Source of the DNA: an uncultured Ruminococcus sp.
GTDB taxonomy: Bacteria; Bacillota; Clostridia; CAKSNL01; HGM11501
Length of the DNA stretch: 32,000 nt
Assembly: GCA_964466295.1 (NCBI GenBank)
Contig: CAYXRC010000004.1
Coordinates: 56,677 to 88,676, forward strand
Direction: 5' to 3'
The notes under the pieces are model-generated. The model saw nothing but the letters and a program-made list of their open reading frames with translations. It did not search any database and was not told the origin of the DNA. The stretch's first letter is position 1, and each line of letters begins with the position of its first letter. The position numbers and the translations under genes were made by a program. Shown here one piece after another: positions 9,650 to 19,447 of the stretch.

Positions 9650-10630
9650 TTACAAATTTTCCTGTTCCTCTTCACCGGTTTTTTCCGGACTCTCCGGTAC
9701 CGATTCCTTATTTTCCCCTCCTTCGCTTAAAGGTTTTTCTTCATTCTCGGGCTCGGAAGCCTCGGACGTTCTGTATGAAACGCCCGAATCCGGATTGGTC
9801 GCATCGATGACTCCCGAAACATTTTCCGGAAGCTTTTGCAAAACTTCCTTTATATATGCCATTTTATATGAAAGCTCATCCTCCGAGCCGAGAGATCCTA
9901 CTCTGATTTTAAGCGCACCGTTTAACTTAAAGCTTATATTGTACTCGTCGGTTAAGTCAATTTCAGTTACTCCCTTAAAGCCATAATCCTCCATACACTT
10001 TATCATTCGGTAAAAGGTTTGAGTTTCATCCTCGGTAAGAGCCGACGTCATACTTCCTATCTTAAATCCGCCGTCGCTTAAGCCAATTACGGCAGGAAAT
10101 GCATTTATCTCCTCCCCCTCGGCCTCCTTTATGCTTTTTCCGTTTTTGTCTGTTAAAATATTTCTTTCATCAAGCTTAAGCACATAGGCGGCTCCAAGCT
10201 CCGAAACAGTTATTTTTACCTTTGACGGGTAGCTTTTTTTCACGGTAACCTCGCTTATATAAGGAAGCGACAAAATTTCCTTCCTTGCGGAGGATGCCGT
10301 TTTAGCGAATATACTGTTTCCCGTATCAAGTCCGCTAAAACGTGCTATCTCTTCATCGGAAACAAGCTCGTTTCCCTCAATCTCCAGTGATTTTACCTCA
10401 AAAAGCGGAGTTTTCATGATGATTATAATAAAGCATAAAATTAAAAGCATGAGGAAAAATATTCCGAATATTTTTCTTTTAAGCCTTGCCCTCTTCCTAC
10501 GTTTTTTTATACGCTCACGCTTCTGCTTTTCACGTTTTTCATACTCCGCATGCCTTTTTTTCATTTCGTCATCGGAGTATTTTCTTTTATCGCTCAAAAA
10601 ATCATCACTTCCTTTGTATATCCGCCCCAA
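9650..10630 (-). CDS. ftsQ: Cell division protein FtsQ/DivIB (POTRA domain)
   Basis: Basic cytoplasmic N-terminus, one TM (IFGIFFLMLLILCFIIIIM), then a POTRA-like segment FEVKSLEIEGNELVSDEEIARFSGL..GNSIF......ARKEILSLPYISEVTVKKSYPSKVKITVSE. The start is uncertain: the TTG at 10630 overlaps murA by 26 nt and has a poorly spaced SD, and an in-frame ATG at 10564 is an alternative. Confidence 0.8.
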   Translation of the reverse strand: MGRIYKGSDDFLSDKRKYSDDEMKKRHAEYEKREKQKRERIKKRRKRARLKRKIFGIFFLMLLILCFIIIIMKTPLFEVKSLEIEGNELVSDEEIARFSGLDTGNSIFAKTASSARKEILSLPYISEVTVKKSYPSKVKITVSELGAAYVLKLDERNILTDKNGKSIKEAEGEEINAFPAVIGLSDGGFKIGSMTSALTEDETQTFYRMIKCMEDYGFKGVTEIDLTDEYNISFKLNGALKIRVGSLGSEDELSYKMAYIKEVLQKLPENVSGVIDATNPDSGVSYRTSEASEPENEEKPLSEGGENKESVPESPEKTGEEEQENL

Positions 10631-11855
10631 GACTCCTTAAATTCAAATCAAATTGCTCGTAGCCTCTTTCAATATAGCAGATTTTATCTATTTCGCTTAT
10701 ACCGTCTGCCGCAAGCGCCGCTATGGTCAAGGCGGCTCCGCCCCTTAGGTCGTTTGCCGCAGTATGCGCTCCGTTTAAGTGTCCGACGCCTCTTATGATT
10801 GCGACGCTTCCGTCAGTTACAATGTCGGCGCCCATTCTCAAAAGTCCGTCCACATGCCGAAATCTGTCCCGGAAAATATTCTCGGTTATAACCGACGTGC
10901 CCTTTGCCGTAGTCATCAGGCTCATAAAAACCGACTGCATATCAGTCGGAAAGCCCGGATAAGGATAAGTCCGTATCCTTTTTGCCGCCGAAAGCCTTTT
11001 TGCACCTTTGACATAAACTGTGTTATTATCTATTGTTATATCGGCGCCTGTTTCAGAAACAGCCGACCAGAAAGCCTCCATATGATTGGGCTCGACGTTA
11101 TCTATTTTTACATTGCCGCCTGTCATAAGAGCCGCACATATGTAGGTTGCCGCCTCTATCCTGTCGGGAATGATTTTATGGACGCAGCTTTTCCTCTCAC
11201 CCCGACCGAAAATATATATCTTATCTGTTCCGGCTCCGTATATTTTTACGCCGGTTTTTATAAGGTAATCCTGAAGGTCTTTTATTTCAGGCTCCTTTGC
11301 GGCGTTTGAAATAACCGTCATACCGTCGACTCCGGCAGACGCAAGCATTATATTTTCAGTTGCGCCCACACTGGGAAAATCAAGGTGAATATTGGCACTG
11401 TGCATATTTTTTGCGTCGCAGGAGATTATTCCGCCCGACTCCTCGATTTTTATTCCCATCTCCCGAAACGCTTTAAGATGAAGGTCTATCGGCCTCGGTC
11501 CGATTTCGCAGCCGCCCGGAAGCGTAATCTTACCGCTTCTGTGACGGGCAATAAGCGCTCCCAAGAAAATAACGGAGGATCTCATTTTAAGCATAAGATG
11601 CTCCGGTATTTCATCGGTTAAAAGATTTTCCGAGTTCACCGTTATTACGCCGCCCTCATGTTTAACGCTGCAGCCTAAATATCTTAATATTTTTACCGAT
11701 TCTCTCACATCGCTTAAATCGGGACAGTCTGTAATCACGCTTTCTCTGCCGCTTATAACCGATGCCGCCAAAATAGGAAGGACTGAATTTTTGGCACCGT
11801 GTACGCGCGTTTCGCCCGAAAGCGCCCTTCCTCCGTTTATTATGTACTTACTCAA
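10605..11855 (-). CDS. murA: UDP-N-acetylglucosamine 1-carboxyvinyltransferase MurA
   Basis: HGAKNSVLPILAAS and the catalytic-Cys motif LPGGCEIGPRPIDLH. The start is probably the TTG at 11855 (M/LSKYIINGG), downstream of a GGGGG SD-like run. The track ATG is at 11879. Confidence 0.93.
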   Translation of the reverse strand: MSKYIINGGRALSGETRVHGAKNSVLPILAASVISGRESVITDCPDLSDVRESVKILRYLGCSVKHEGGVITVNSENLLTDEIPEHLMLKMRSSVIFLGALIARHRSGKITLPGGCEIGPRPIDLHLKAFREMGIKIEESGGIISCDAKNMHSANIHLDFPSVGATENIMLASAGVDGMTVISNAAKEPEIKDLQDYLIKTGVKIYGAGTDKIYIFGRGERKSCVHKIIPDRIEAATYICAALMTGGNVKIDNVEPNHMEAFWSAVSETGADITIDNNTVYVKGAKRLSAAKRIRTYPYPGFPTDMQSVFMSLMTTAKGTSVITENIFRDRFRHVDGLLRMGADIVTDGSVAIIRGVGHLNGAHTAANDLRGGAALTIAALAADGISEIDKICYIERGYEQFDLNLRSLGADIQRK

Positions 11856-11903
11856 GATTAAGGCACCCCCTACGCACATTCTATGCAGGAGAGCCTAAAA
11901 TTG

Positions 11904-13004
11904 TTAAATTTTTAAAAGTTTTTTTGCCGTCGTGTAAATTTTGTCTGTTGAGTCGTAAATTGCAGCCGTCTTTGCCTTGGCACTCATTTCCGATAAAAGC
12001 TCCCTGTCGTTTATAAGGGTTTTTATCTGTGCGTCAAGCTTCACTCCGGTAAGCTCGCTATCTGACATTAAAACAGCGGCTCCCTTGTCCGAAAGATATT
12101 TTGCGTTGTATTCCTGATGGTTGTGAGCCACATTGGGACTCGGCACTACTATCGACGGCTTTCCGGAAGCGGCAAGCTCGCTTACGGTAACTGCCCCCGT
12201 ACGGCACACTATAAGGTCGGAGGCCGCAAACGCAAAGTCGGTGTTATATATATAAGGCATTATCATAATGTTTTTAGGAACGCTGATATTTGCCTCCTTT
12301 ATTTTCTCCATAACCTCACTGTAATTTTTCTCTCCCGTAGACGCAATTATATTATAGCCGTCGGCAAGATTTTTTATAACTATTTCGCAAAGAGCGTCGT
12401 TTATGCTCCTTGCGCCGAGGCTTCCGCCCATTATAAGCACCGTGGGCTTTTCGTCTAAGTCAAACTTAAGTCTTGCCTCGTATCTTGTAACCTTAAGGAG
12501 GTCTGCTCTTACGGGATTACCCGTAAGAACTATTTTTTTATGCTTTTTCAAATAATTTTTTGTTGTGTCGAAGCTTGTGGCAACAGCGGAAACCTTATCT
12601 GCCAAAAGCTTTACGGTAAGTCCGGGAAAAACATTCTGTTCGTGAATAATCGTCGGTATCCCCATTTTTACTGCGGCGTAAAGAAGCGGTCCGCAAACAT
12701 ATCCGCCGGTGCCTATTACTATTTCGGGCTTAAACTCCTCTAAAAGCTTTTTCCCCTCTTTTATGCCCCGAATAGCCTTATATGCGTACAAAATATTTTT
12801 CGGCGAAAGCGACCTTTTAAAGCCGTAAACGTCTATATATTTTATTTCGATATTCTGAGCCGGCACAAGCTTTTTCTCAAGCCCGTGCTCTGTGCCCACA
12901 TAAAGAATTTCAGAGTCCGGCTCTTTCTCTTTTATATACTTTGCGATGGCAATAGCGGGATTAATGTGTCCTCCCGTTCCGCCTCCGGAAACTATAACTC
13001 TCAT
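11904..13004 (-). CDS. murG: Undecaprenyldiphospho-muramoylpentapeptide beta-N-acetylglucosaminyltransferase MurG
   Basis: MRVIVSGGGTGGHINPAIAIA G-loop, 366 aa, dcw context. Confidence 0.93.
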   Translation of the reverse strand: MRVIVSGGGTGGHINPAIAIAKYIKEKEPDSEILYVGTEHGLEKKLVPAQNIEIKYIDVYGFKRSLSPKNILYAYKAIRGIKEGKKLLEEFKPEIVIGTGGYVCGPLLYAAVKMGIPTIIHEQNVFPGLTVKLLADKVSAVATSFDTTKNYLKKHKKIVLTGNPVRADLLKVTRYEARLKFDLDEKPTVLIMGGSLGARSINDALCEIVIKNLADGYNIIASTGEKNYSEVMEKIKEANISVPKNIMIMPYIYNTDFAFAASDLIVCRTGAVTVSELAASGKPSIVVPSPNVAHNHQEYNAKYLSDKGAAVLMSDSELTGVKLDAQIKTLINDRELLSEMSAKAKTAAIYDSTDKIYTTAKKLLKI

Positions 13005-13020
13005 AAACTCTCCTGCCTTT

Positions 13021-14208
13021 CTATTTTACACTGTGAATAACCCCGGCGCCGATTTTCTGATAGCGTGATATATTAAGCACTATTCCTGTAGCTATCAGCA
13101 TGAAAAGCAGCGACGTTCCGCCCGATGAAAAGAACGGAAGCTGCATACCTGTCGACGGCACGGCGTTAGTCACAACCGCTATATTTATGACCACCTGAAG
13201 TCCTATCATCGCCGAAACTCCGAACGCAATAAGACATCCGAACATATCCCTTGAATTTAATGCGATTTTAATGCCCCTCCAAACAAAAAAGGCAAAAAGG
13301 AGCATTACCAAAAGTCCGCCTATAATACCCATTTCTTCACAGATTACGGCGAAAATATAGTCATTTGACGCCATGGGAAGCCAGCTGTATTTTTGCCTTG
13401 ACTGACCGAAGCCCACGCCGAAAAGTCCGCCGGAGCATATGGCGTAGAGCGAATTTAATATCTGCCACCCGTAGCCTAACGGCTCTTCTTCGGGATGCAT
13501 ATAGCCCAAAAGTCTTTTTATTCTGAAGGGCTCTTTTATTATTAATAAGAGTCCTGCCGCAATAACTATAACGGCTATAACCGTTATATGACTTTTTTTC
13601 ATTCCGTGAGCAAAAAGCATAACAAAGCCGATGGCGCATATTATTAAAGCTCCCGAAAGATGCTTCTGAAGTGCGGCTCCTGCGGCAGGAATTAAAATTA
13701 TAATTTCCGCCCTCCACTCATACAAAAGCCGCTGAAATAAGGACATCCTCTTTGTGTTTCTCTTTTTTTCTTCTGTCAATATATCCGCAAGATATATAAT
13801 AAGGGCTATTTTCATAATTTCGGTAGGCTGTACGGATATAGGTCCTATAAAAATCCATCTTGTAGCGCCCAAGCGCTCCTGTCCGATAAACGGGGTAAGG
13901 TATACCAATATAACCGAGCACCAGTAAATTAATCCCGCCCATTTTTTTAAAATTATATAATCACGCCAGTTTGCCACTATAAGCATTACCCCGAAGCTTC
14001 CTGCCGCTATTATGCAGTTTTTAATTATTCCCTTATATGGATTTTCCGCACTGACAGATTCCGGAGTGCCTGCGCTAATCAGCATTAAAAGTCCTGCACA
14101 GGTAAGCGCGCAAAGCAAAATGAGATATATTCCGTCTACTTCGCCTTTTTTCCGGATTTTTTTATTCATTTTCCCATTTTCTTTCGTTAAAGCCTGTGCC
14201 TTACTCAT
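13021..14208 (-). CDS. ftsW: SEDS-family peptidoglycan polymerase FtsW/SpoVE
   Basis: Roughly 10-TM protein with the C-terminal PFFSSGGTSLL motif, positioned between mraY and murG. Confidence 0.88.
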   Translation of the reverse strand: MSKAQALTKENGKMNKKIRKKGEVDGIYLILLCALTCAGLLMLISAGTPESVSAENPYKGIIKNCIIAAGSFGVMLIVANWRDYIILKKWAGLIYWCSVILVYLTPFIGQERLGATRWIFIGPISVQPTEIMKIALIIYLADILTEEKKRNTKRMSLFQRLLYEWRAEIIILIPAAGAALQKHLSGALIICAIGFVMLFAHGMKKSHITVIAVIVIAAGLLLIIKEPFRIKRLLGYMHPEEEPLGYGWQILNSLYAICSGGLFGVGFGQSRQKYSWLPMASNDYIFAVICEEMGIIGGLLVMLLFAFFVWRGIKIALNSRDMFGCLIAFGVSAMIGLQVVINIAVVTNAVPSTGMQLPFFSSGGTSLLFMLIATGIVLNISRYQKIGAGVIHSVK

Positions 14209-14226
14209 GAGTTCCAGCCTTTCTTT

Positions 14227-15201
14227 TTATATAACAGCCGCAATATAGACTGCGCTTAAAATTCCGAAAAATACCGTTATTGCCGAAGCAACGGCGACAA
14301 TTTTCACCTCAGACCACCCTTTTTTCTCAAAGTGATGATGTATCGGCGTCATCAAAAATATTCTTTTTCCTCCCGTGGCCTTAAAATATGCCACTTGAAT
14401 TATAACCGAGAGCGTTTCTACAAAAAATACAATACCGACAAATATAAGGGTAAGCTGTATACCCATGGCGCATGCCGCCGCGCCGATTAGTCCGCCCAGA
14501 AAAAGCGAGCCTGTATCGCCCATAAACACCTTAGCCGGATACCTGTTATAAAATAAAAATCCGAAAATGCCACCGATTGCCGCCATTAAAACAATCATTA
14601 TCATGTCACATTCCATTTTATATGCCGCAAAGGCAAAAAACGCCGCCGCAAAGGCAGTGGTATTTCCGGCAAGCCCGTCGATTCCGTCGGTAAGATTTAC
14701 CGCATTCACCGTAGCGAGCATTACGAAGGTGTTAAATATCACCGCAAAATACGAAAGATTTATCCAGCTTTTTCCAAAAAGAACGGCTCCGCCCTCAAAT
14801 TCAAAAAGGCATATGGCAAACGCCGCACTGACAAGCGCCTGAGCGGCAAACTTTTTTCCTGCCGTAAGGCCTAAATTTCTCTTTTTTATTACCTTGATAT
14901 AATCATCTGCGAAGCCTATCGCTCCGAAAAGGAGCGCAGACGCCAAAACCAATACGCCGATTTTATCGAAAATTCCTGAAAGGACCAAAATAAATATAAC
15001 GGCAGGAATCATTCCGGCGGCAAATATAAAAGCGCCCATAGTGGGAGTGCCGCTTTTTTTCTTATGCCAGGACGGCCCCTCCTCCCTTATACTTTGACCG
15101 AAGCTTGCTTTCTTAAGCTTCTCTATAATCGCTCCCCCGGACAGCAGAGCAATTATAAGCGCCATAAAAAGCGCTATTATTCCCCAAATAACAGAGTTCA
15201 T
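14227..15201 (-). CDS. mraY: Phospho-N-acetylmuramoyl-pentapeptide transferase MraY
   Basis: GFADDYIKV, NAVNLTDGIDGLA and the HHHFE motif; 324 aa polytopic protein. Confidence 0.95.
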   Translation of the reverse strand: MNSVIWGIIALFMALIIALLSGGAIIEKLKKASFGQSIREEGPSWHKKKSGTPTMGAFIFAAGMIPAVIFILVLSGIFDKIGVLVLASALLFGAIGFADDYIKVIKKRNLGLTAGKKFAAQALVSAAFAICLFEFEGGAVLFGKSWINLSYFAVIFNTFVMLATVNAVNLTDGIDGLAGNTTAFAAAFFAFAAYKMECDMIMIVLMAAIGGIFGFLFYNRYPAKVFMGDTGSLFLGGLIGAAACAMGIQLTLIFVGIVFFVETLSVIIQVAYFKATGGKRIFLMTPIHHHFEKKGWSEVKIVAVASAITVFFGILSAVYIAAVI

Positions 15202-15211
15202 GTTAAAGCAC

Positions 15212-16651
15212 CTAATCCTTCAGTATATCTTTTATAACTTCTCTTTCATCATAATGGATTTTTTTGCCGCCTATATCCTGATAGGTTTCGTGTCCCTTGC
15301 CGGCAAGCACCACTACGTCCCCGGGCTCGGCTATGGAAAGAGCATATCTTATTGCCTCGGTTCTGTCCACTATTGCCTTATATTTTTTCTCCATGCCCTT
15401 CATACCACAAAGTATCTGCCTTACAATTTCTTCGGGATCCTCCGTTCTCGGATTATCGCTTGTAACAACAGAAAAATCAGCTATTTTGCCGGCAATTTCG
15501 CCCATAATCGGGCGTTTTTTCGCATCTCTGTCCCCTCCGCAGCCGAAAACGGCAATGACTCTTTTTTCCGCAAAGCCGGAAACGGTCTTTAAAATATTTT
15601 CAAGCCCGTCGGGCGTGTGAGCATAATCTATCATAACGGTATAATCTGTGCCGGTAGGTACAACCTCTGCTCTTCCCTTTACTCCCCGTACTATCAAAAG
15701 TCCCTTGGCAATCTCCATATCAGAAAGACCTATCATCGCCGCGGCGCCTATGCCTGCCAGAGCGTTATATACCGAAAATTCTCCCGGAATTGCCATTTTC
15801 ATAGGTACCTCAGAGGTTCCGTATATCCATGTAAAGCTTATACCTCTTTGAGAATAAACTATATTTTCGGCTTTCATATCGGCATGCTTTTTGATTGCGT
15901 AGGTTACAACCTTACCGGCCGCAGCCTTTTTCATGACCTTATAATAAGGATCGTCCTCGTTTATAACAGAATACTTACTCATGGAAAAGAGTTTTGCTTT
16001 TGCCGCCGCATAATCGTCCATATCCTTATGGTAATTTAAGTGATCCTCGGTGAGATTTGTAAATACGCCCACCTCAAAATTTAATCCCTCGCATCTGTGA
16101 AGAGCTAAGGCGTGGCTTGAAACCTCCATAACAACGTACTTACAGCCTGCGTCCGCCATCTTTTTAAATATACCGTGAAGCTCTTCGGCCTCGGGGGTAG
16201 TTCCGCTTGAGGGAAGCTCGCTGTCGCCTATAAGATAGTGATTTGTTCCTATAAGTCCGGTTTTCTCGCCCTTTAAATCAAGTATCTGCTTTATTATGTG
16301 CGTTACCGTCGTTTTTCCATTGGTACCCGTAACGCCAATAAGCTTAAGCTTTTTATGGCACTCTCCGTAATAATTTGCCGCTGCATATGCTGCAAGAATT
16401 CTTGAATTATAAGTGACGATTAAGGCGGCTCCGAAAGAGTTGCACTCATGCTCAGCAACAACCGCCGCCGCACCTGCCTTAACGGCGCTTTCGATATAGT
16501 TATGCCCGTCGGCTCCTATTCCGGTAAGAGCAATAAAAAGATCACCCTTCCCGATTTTTCTCGAATCGGTTTCTATTTTCCCTATTTCTATATCTTCGCT
16601 TCCGTTTATTATTTTGTAATCTGTTCCCTTTAATATTTCCCTAAGCTTCAT
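15212..16651 (-). CDS. murE: UDP-MurNAc-L-Ala-D-Glu:2,6-diaminopimelate (or Lys) ligase MurE
   Basis: TDSRKIGKGDLFIALTG..ADGHNYI, P-loop GVTGTNGKTT, the MurE-type TSDNPRTEDPEEI, and GKGHETYQ. RBS AGGAGG lies 5 nt upstream. Confidence 0.9.
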   Translation of the reverse strand: MKLREILKGTDYKIINGSEDIEIGKIETDSRKIGKGDLFIALTGIGADGHNYIESAVKAGAAAVVAEHECNSFGAALIVTYNSRILAAYAAANYYGECHKKLKLIGVTGTNGKTTVTHIIKQILDLKGEKTGLIGTNHYLIGDSELPSSGTTPEAEELHGIFKKMADAGCKYVVMEVSSHALALHRCEGLNFEVGVFTNLTEDHLNYHKDMDDYAAAKAKLFSMSKYSVINEDDPYYKVMKKAAAGKVVTYAIKKHADMKAENIVYSQRGISFTWIYGTSEVPMKMAIPGEFSVYNALAGIGAAAMIGLSDMEIAKGLLIVRGVKGRAEVVPTGTDYTVMIDYAHTPDGLENILKTVSGFAEKRVIAVFGCGGDRDAKKRPIMGEIAGKIADFSVVTSDNPRTEDPEEIVRQILCGMKGMEKKYKAIVDRTEAIRYALSIAEPGDVVVLAGKGHETYQDIGGKKIHYDEREVIKDILKD

Positions 16652-16663
16652 ATTGTCCTCCTG

Positions 16664-18856
16664 TCAATCAACGTCCTGGAACATAAACTTGACGTAAACC
16701 ACAGTGCCTCTTGACACCACAGCGCCTGCCTTGGGGCTTTGATCGATGGCAATTGCTCCGGTATTTACGCTGTTTCCAACGTCCGATGTTCTGAAATTCA
16801 AATTAGCGTTTTTAACTGTCGCTTCCGCATTGACCCTGCTCATATTAATAACATCCGGAACGGTAACAAGCTCCGAATCCGAATCTCCCTCGGTATAAGC
16901 CGCTATTTCAGAGCCCTCGGAAAGCATGATTCCGCTCTTGGGCTGTTGGTCGGTTATCTTGTTTCCACTTCCTATTATATTTATCTTAAAGCCGCTTTTT
17001 TCAGCGGATTCTTTTGCTTTTTCCACCGTCATACCCGTAAGGTCGGGAATATAGCTTCCGGTTGTAAGTATTTCGCTTTCGCTGTACTGAGCCTCAATTC
17101 CCATATATCTTAAAATGTCGTCAAGCACAAGTCCTGCCGTGGGAGCGGCAATCTGTCCGCCGCCGGCATTGATATTTCCCTCACCTACGCCGGGAGTCGG
17201 CTCATCTAACATAATAAGCACGATAACCTCGGGGTCGTTTGCCGGAGCAAAGCCGCAGAACGAAGCTATCTTTCTGCCGTCTCTGGGCTGTTTTTCGCTG
17301 GTGCCGGTTTTTCCGCCGACTCTCTGACCGGATATTCTTGCTCCGCCGCCGGTGCCGTTTTTAACAACGCCCTCAAGATAAGTCCTCATAAGCTCGCTGG
17401 TATGCTCGGAAATCACACGTCTTACTAAAGTTCTTTCCGTGGTTTTTGTAACCTTGCCGTTTTCGTCACGATATTCCTTAACGATTCTCGGCTTTAAAAG
17501 CTCCCCTCCGTTTATAACGCAGGAAGCCGCAGTTATCATCTGTATCGGCGTAACGTTAATATTCTGTCCGAAAGACGCCGTCGCCAAGTCAACATCAGTG
17601 TAGCTTTCCCTTACAATGGGCTCGGACTCGCCGGGAAGCTCTATGCCGGTCTTTTCCCCAAACCCGAATGCCTTAACGTATTTTCTGAAGGTTTCGCCGC
17701 CCATTTTAAGCCCTATGTTCATAAATACACAGTTACATGAATTTGCAAGTCCCAGCTCCAAATTCTGAATTCCGTGGGGATTATAATATCTCCAGCATTT
17801 TATGTCCCATCCCCCTACCCTAAGTGAGCCGGGACAATTAAAGGTATCGGTTTCTGTGACAATGCCCTCCTCAAGGCTTGCCGCGGCAGTTATCATTTTA
17901 AATACCGACCCCGGCTCGTATGTATCGGAAATTGCCTTGTTTCTCCATTGTCTGTTCTGCGCCTTGCTTTTCTCTTCTGCTCTCTCCTCTTCGGGAAGAG
18001 CTTCTATTCTCGCCTTTTCCTCTTCGTCATATATTTCAAAGGGATTATTGGGGTCATAGCCCGGAGTCGCCGCCATCGCTAAAATTTCTGCGGTATTAGG
18101 ATCCATAACTATGATACAGCCTTCCTCCTTGACGCCGTACTTTTCCACCGCCTCGGTCAGTCTGCTTTCGGCAATATGCTGTATGGTTTCGTCAATGGTA
18201 AGAACTATGCTCTCTCCGTTTACGGGGTCAATATATTGCTCGTAGGCATAGGGAAGCTCCGAACCGCCCGAAGATACGGCAACGCTTTTTTTGCCGTCCT
18301 TACCGGAAAGCACGCTGTCATAGCTTACCTCAATACCGTTTAACCCCTGATTGTCATAGCCGGTGAAGCCCAGTATATTTGACGCCAAGGAGCCGTAAAC
18401 ATAGCTTCTTTTCGTGTCCTCTTCAAGCACAATTCCACGGGTGTCCTCCATATTCCTTATTGCGGCCGACTGCTCTCTTGAAATTCTTTTTTTAAGTATT
18501 TCATAACTGCTTTTCTTCTGTGTCACGGCGTAAACTGCGTCGTAATCCATTTCCAAAATTTCAGAAAGCTCTTTGGAAATTTTTTCTTCAGTCTTATTTT
18601 TTCTGATTGTGGCAGGGTCTAATATTACGGTATCCGCCGAAACGCTTACCGCAAGCTGTTTCCCGTTTCTGTCGTATATGGTGCCGCGCTTTGCTGAAAC
18701 GGTGATGTCCTTTGTCTGTTGTTCGGTTGCAGCCTTAGAATACTCTTCACCGTGAGCGATGTTTAAATATATAAGCCAGATAACCAGCATTACAAGAAGT
18801 ACGGTGAACACTATCGCCATATTCTTCATTCTTTTTTTTACCGAAAGAACTGTCAT
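16664..18856 (-). CDS. Class B penicillin-binding protein (FtsI/PBP2B/SpoVD type) with two C-terminal PASTA domains
   Basis: N-terminal TM. Transpeptidase motifs SVFK (SxxK), SCN (SxN) and KTGTS (KTG). Two PASTA-like repeats: IPDLTGMTVEKAKE... and VPDVINMSRVNAEA.... Confidence 0.92.
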   Translation of the reverse strand: MTVLSVKKRMKNMAIVFTVLLVMLVIWLIYLNIAHGEEYSKAATEQQTKDITVSAKRGTIYDRNGKQLAVSVSADTVILDPATIRKNKTEEKISKELSEILEMDYDAVYAVTQKKSSYEILKKRISREQSAAIRNMEDTRGIVLEEDTKRSYVYGSLASNILGFTGYDNQGLNGIEVSYDSVLSGKDGKKSVAVSSGGSELPYAYEQYIDPVNGESIVLTIDETIQHIAESRLTEAVEKYGVKEEGCIIVMDPNTAEILAMAATPGYDPNNPFEIYDEEEKARIEALPEEERAEEKSKAQNRQWRNKAISDTYEPGSVFKMITAAASLEEGIVTETDTFNCPGSLRVGGWDIKCWRYYNPHGIQNLELGLANSCNCVFMNIGLKMGGETFRKYVKAFGFGEKTGIELPGESEPIVRESYTDVDLATASFGQNINVTPIQMITAASCVINGGELLKPRIVKEYRDENGKVTKTTERTLVRRVISEHTSELMRTYLEGVVKNGTGGGARISGQRVGGKTGTSEKQPRDGRKIASFCGFAPANDPEVIVLIMLDEPTPGVGEGNINAGGGQIAAPTAGLVLDDILRYMGIEAQYSESEILTTGSYIPDLTGMTVEKAKESAEKSGFKINIIGSGNKITDQQPKSGIMLSEGSEIAAYTEGDSDSELVTVPDVINMSRVNAEATVKNANLNFRTSDVGNSVNTGAIAIDQSPKAGAVVSRGTVVYVKFMFQDVD

Positions 18857-18997
18857 AAAAACTCCTTTTCATACAAAATACGACTGTTTCAATTAAACGG
18901 AAAAATGCCGCAACGGTAAAACGAACAAAAAGCAGTCATTTTATCATTATGCAGCATATCTTTTATTATGATTCATGTATAAGACTTTGATGTTTTT

Positions 18998-19420
18998 CTA
19001 AAAAAGCTTTCCCAAAAATGACCTGTTTTCCAGCTTTACGCTATCCTCTCTTGAAACCGTTATGTAAACTATCTGATCCTTGGTCGGTGCGGACATGCCG
19101 TATTCATTTACGGCTATATTTTCTACATTTGCCAGGTCAATAATTCTGTCCCTCTCTATTTCCAGATTAGTCTTTTCGGCAACTGCGTTGCTCAGCTCCT
19201 TTTTTGCTGCCTGAAGCTCGTTATTTAAAACCGAAATCCTTGCGTACCTGAGAACGCCGACAAGCGCCACCGCCATTAGCAAAAGAATTGTGCCTATTAT
19301 CTTTTTCTTTTTCGCCTTAACGAAGCTTTCATACCTCGGATTGTCACGTCTTTGAAGTCTTTCTTCTTCCCGCTCTTTGATTTTAATGCGATAGGCGTTA
19401 TTTCCGTTGTATCCGTTCAT
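18998..19420 (-). CDS. ftsL: Cell division protein FtsL (bitopic, coiled-coil)
   Basis: Position between rsmH and the PBP gene. Single TM (IIGTILLLMAVALVGVL) followed by the coiled-coil ISVLNNELQAAKKELSNAVAEKTNLEIERD and ...IENIAVNEYGM. The ATG at 19420 (MNGYNGNN) is preferred because it follows GAGAGGAA. The track starts at the GTG at 19441. Confidence 0.8.
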   Translation of the reverse strand: MNGYNGNNAYRIKIKEREEERLQRRDNPRYESFVKAKKKKIIGTILLLMAVALVGVLRYARISVLNNELQAAKKELSNAVAEKTNLEIERDRIIDLANVENIAVNEYGMSAPTKDQIVYITVSREDSVKLENRSFLGKLF

Positions 19421-19447
19421 TAGGTACCGTTCCTCTCTCACAGGAAT

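Noticed and set aside
10440-10560. A/G-rich, repeat-looking stretch that could be read as a DNA tandem repeat.
   Set aside because: It is in frame and encodes the Lys/Arg/Glu-rich cytoplasmic segment of FtsQ. There is no exact repeat unit at the DNA level.
10779-11309. Long antisense ORFs in the track. Examples: 10779-11309 (176 aa), 25839-26378 (179 aa), 28631-29119 (162 aa), 30473-30928 (151 aa), 15617-16039 (140 aa), 9039-9389, 9627-9986, 19407-19772 and 83-382.
   Set aside because: Each lies entirely opposite a confidently identified, motif-rich gene. Their translations are low-complexity or Arg/Ser/Leu-biased, have no recognisable motifs and no RBS. They are typical shadow ORFs.
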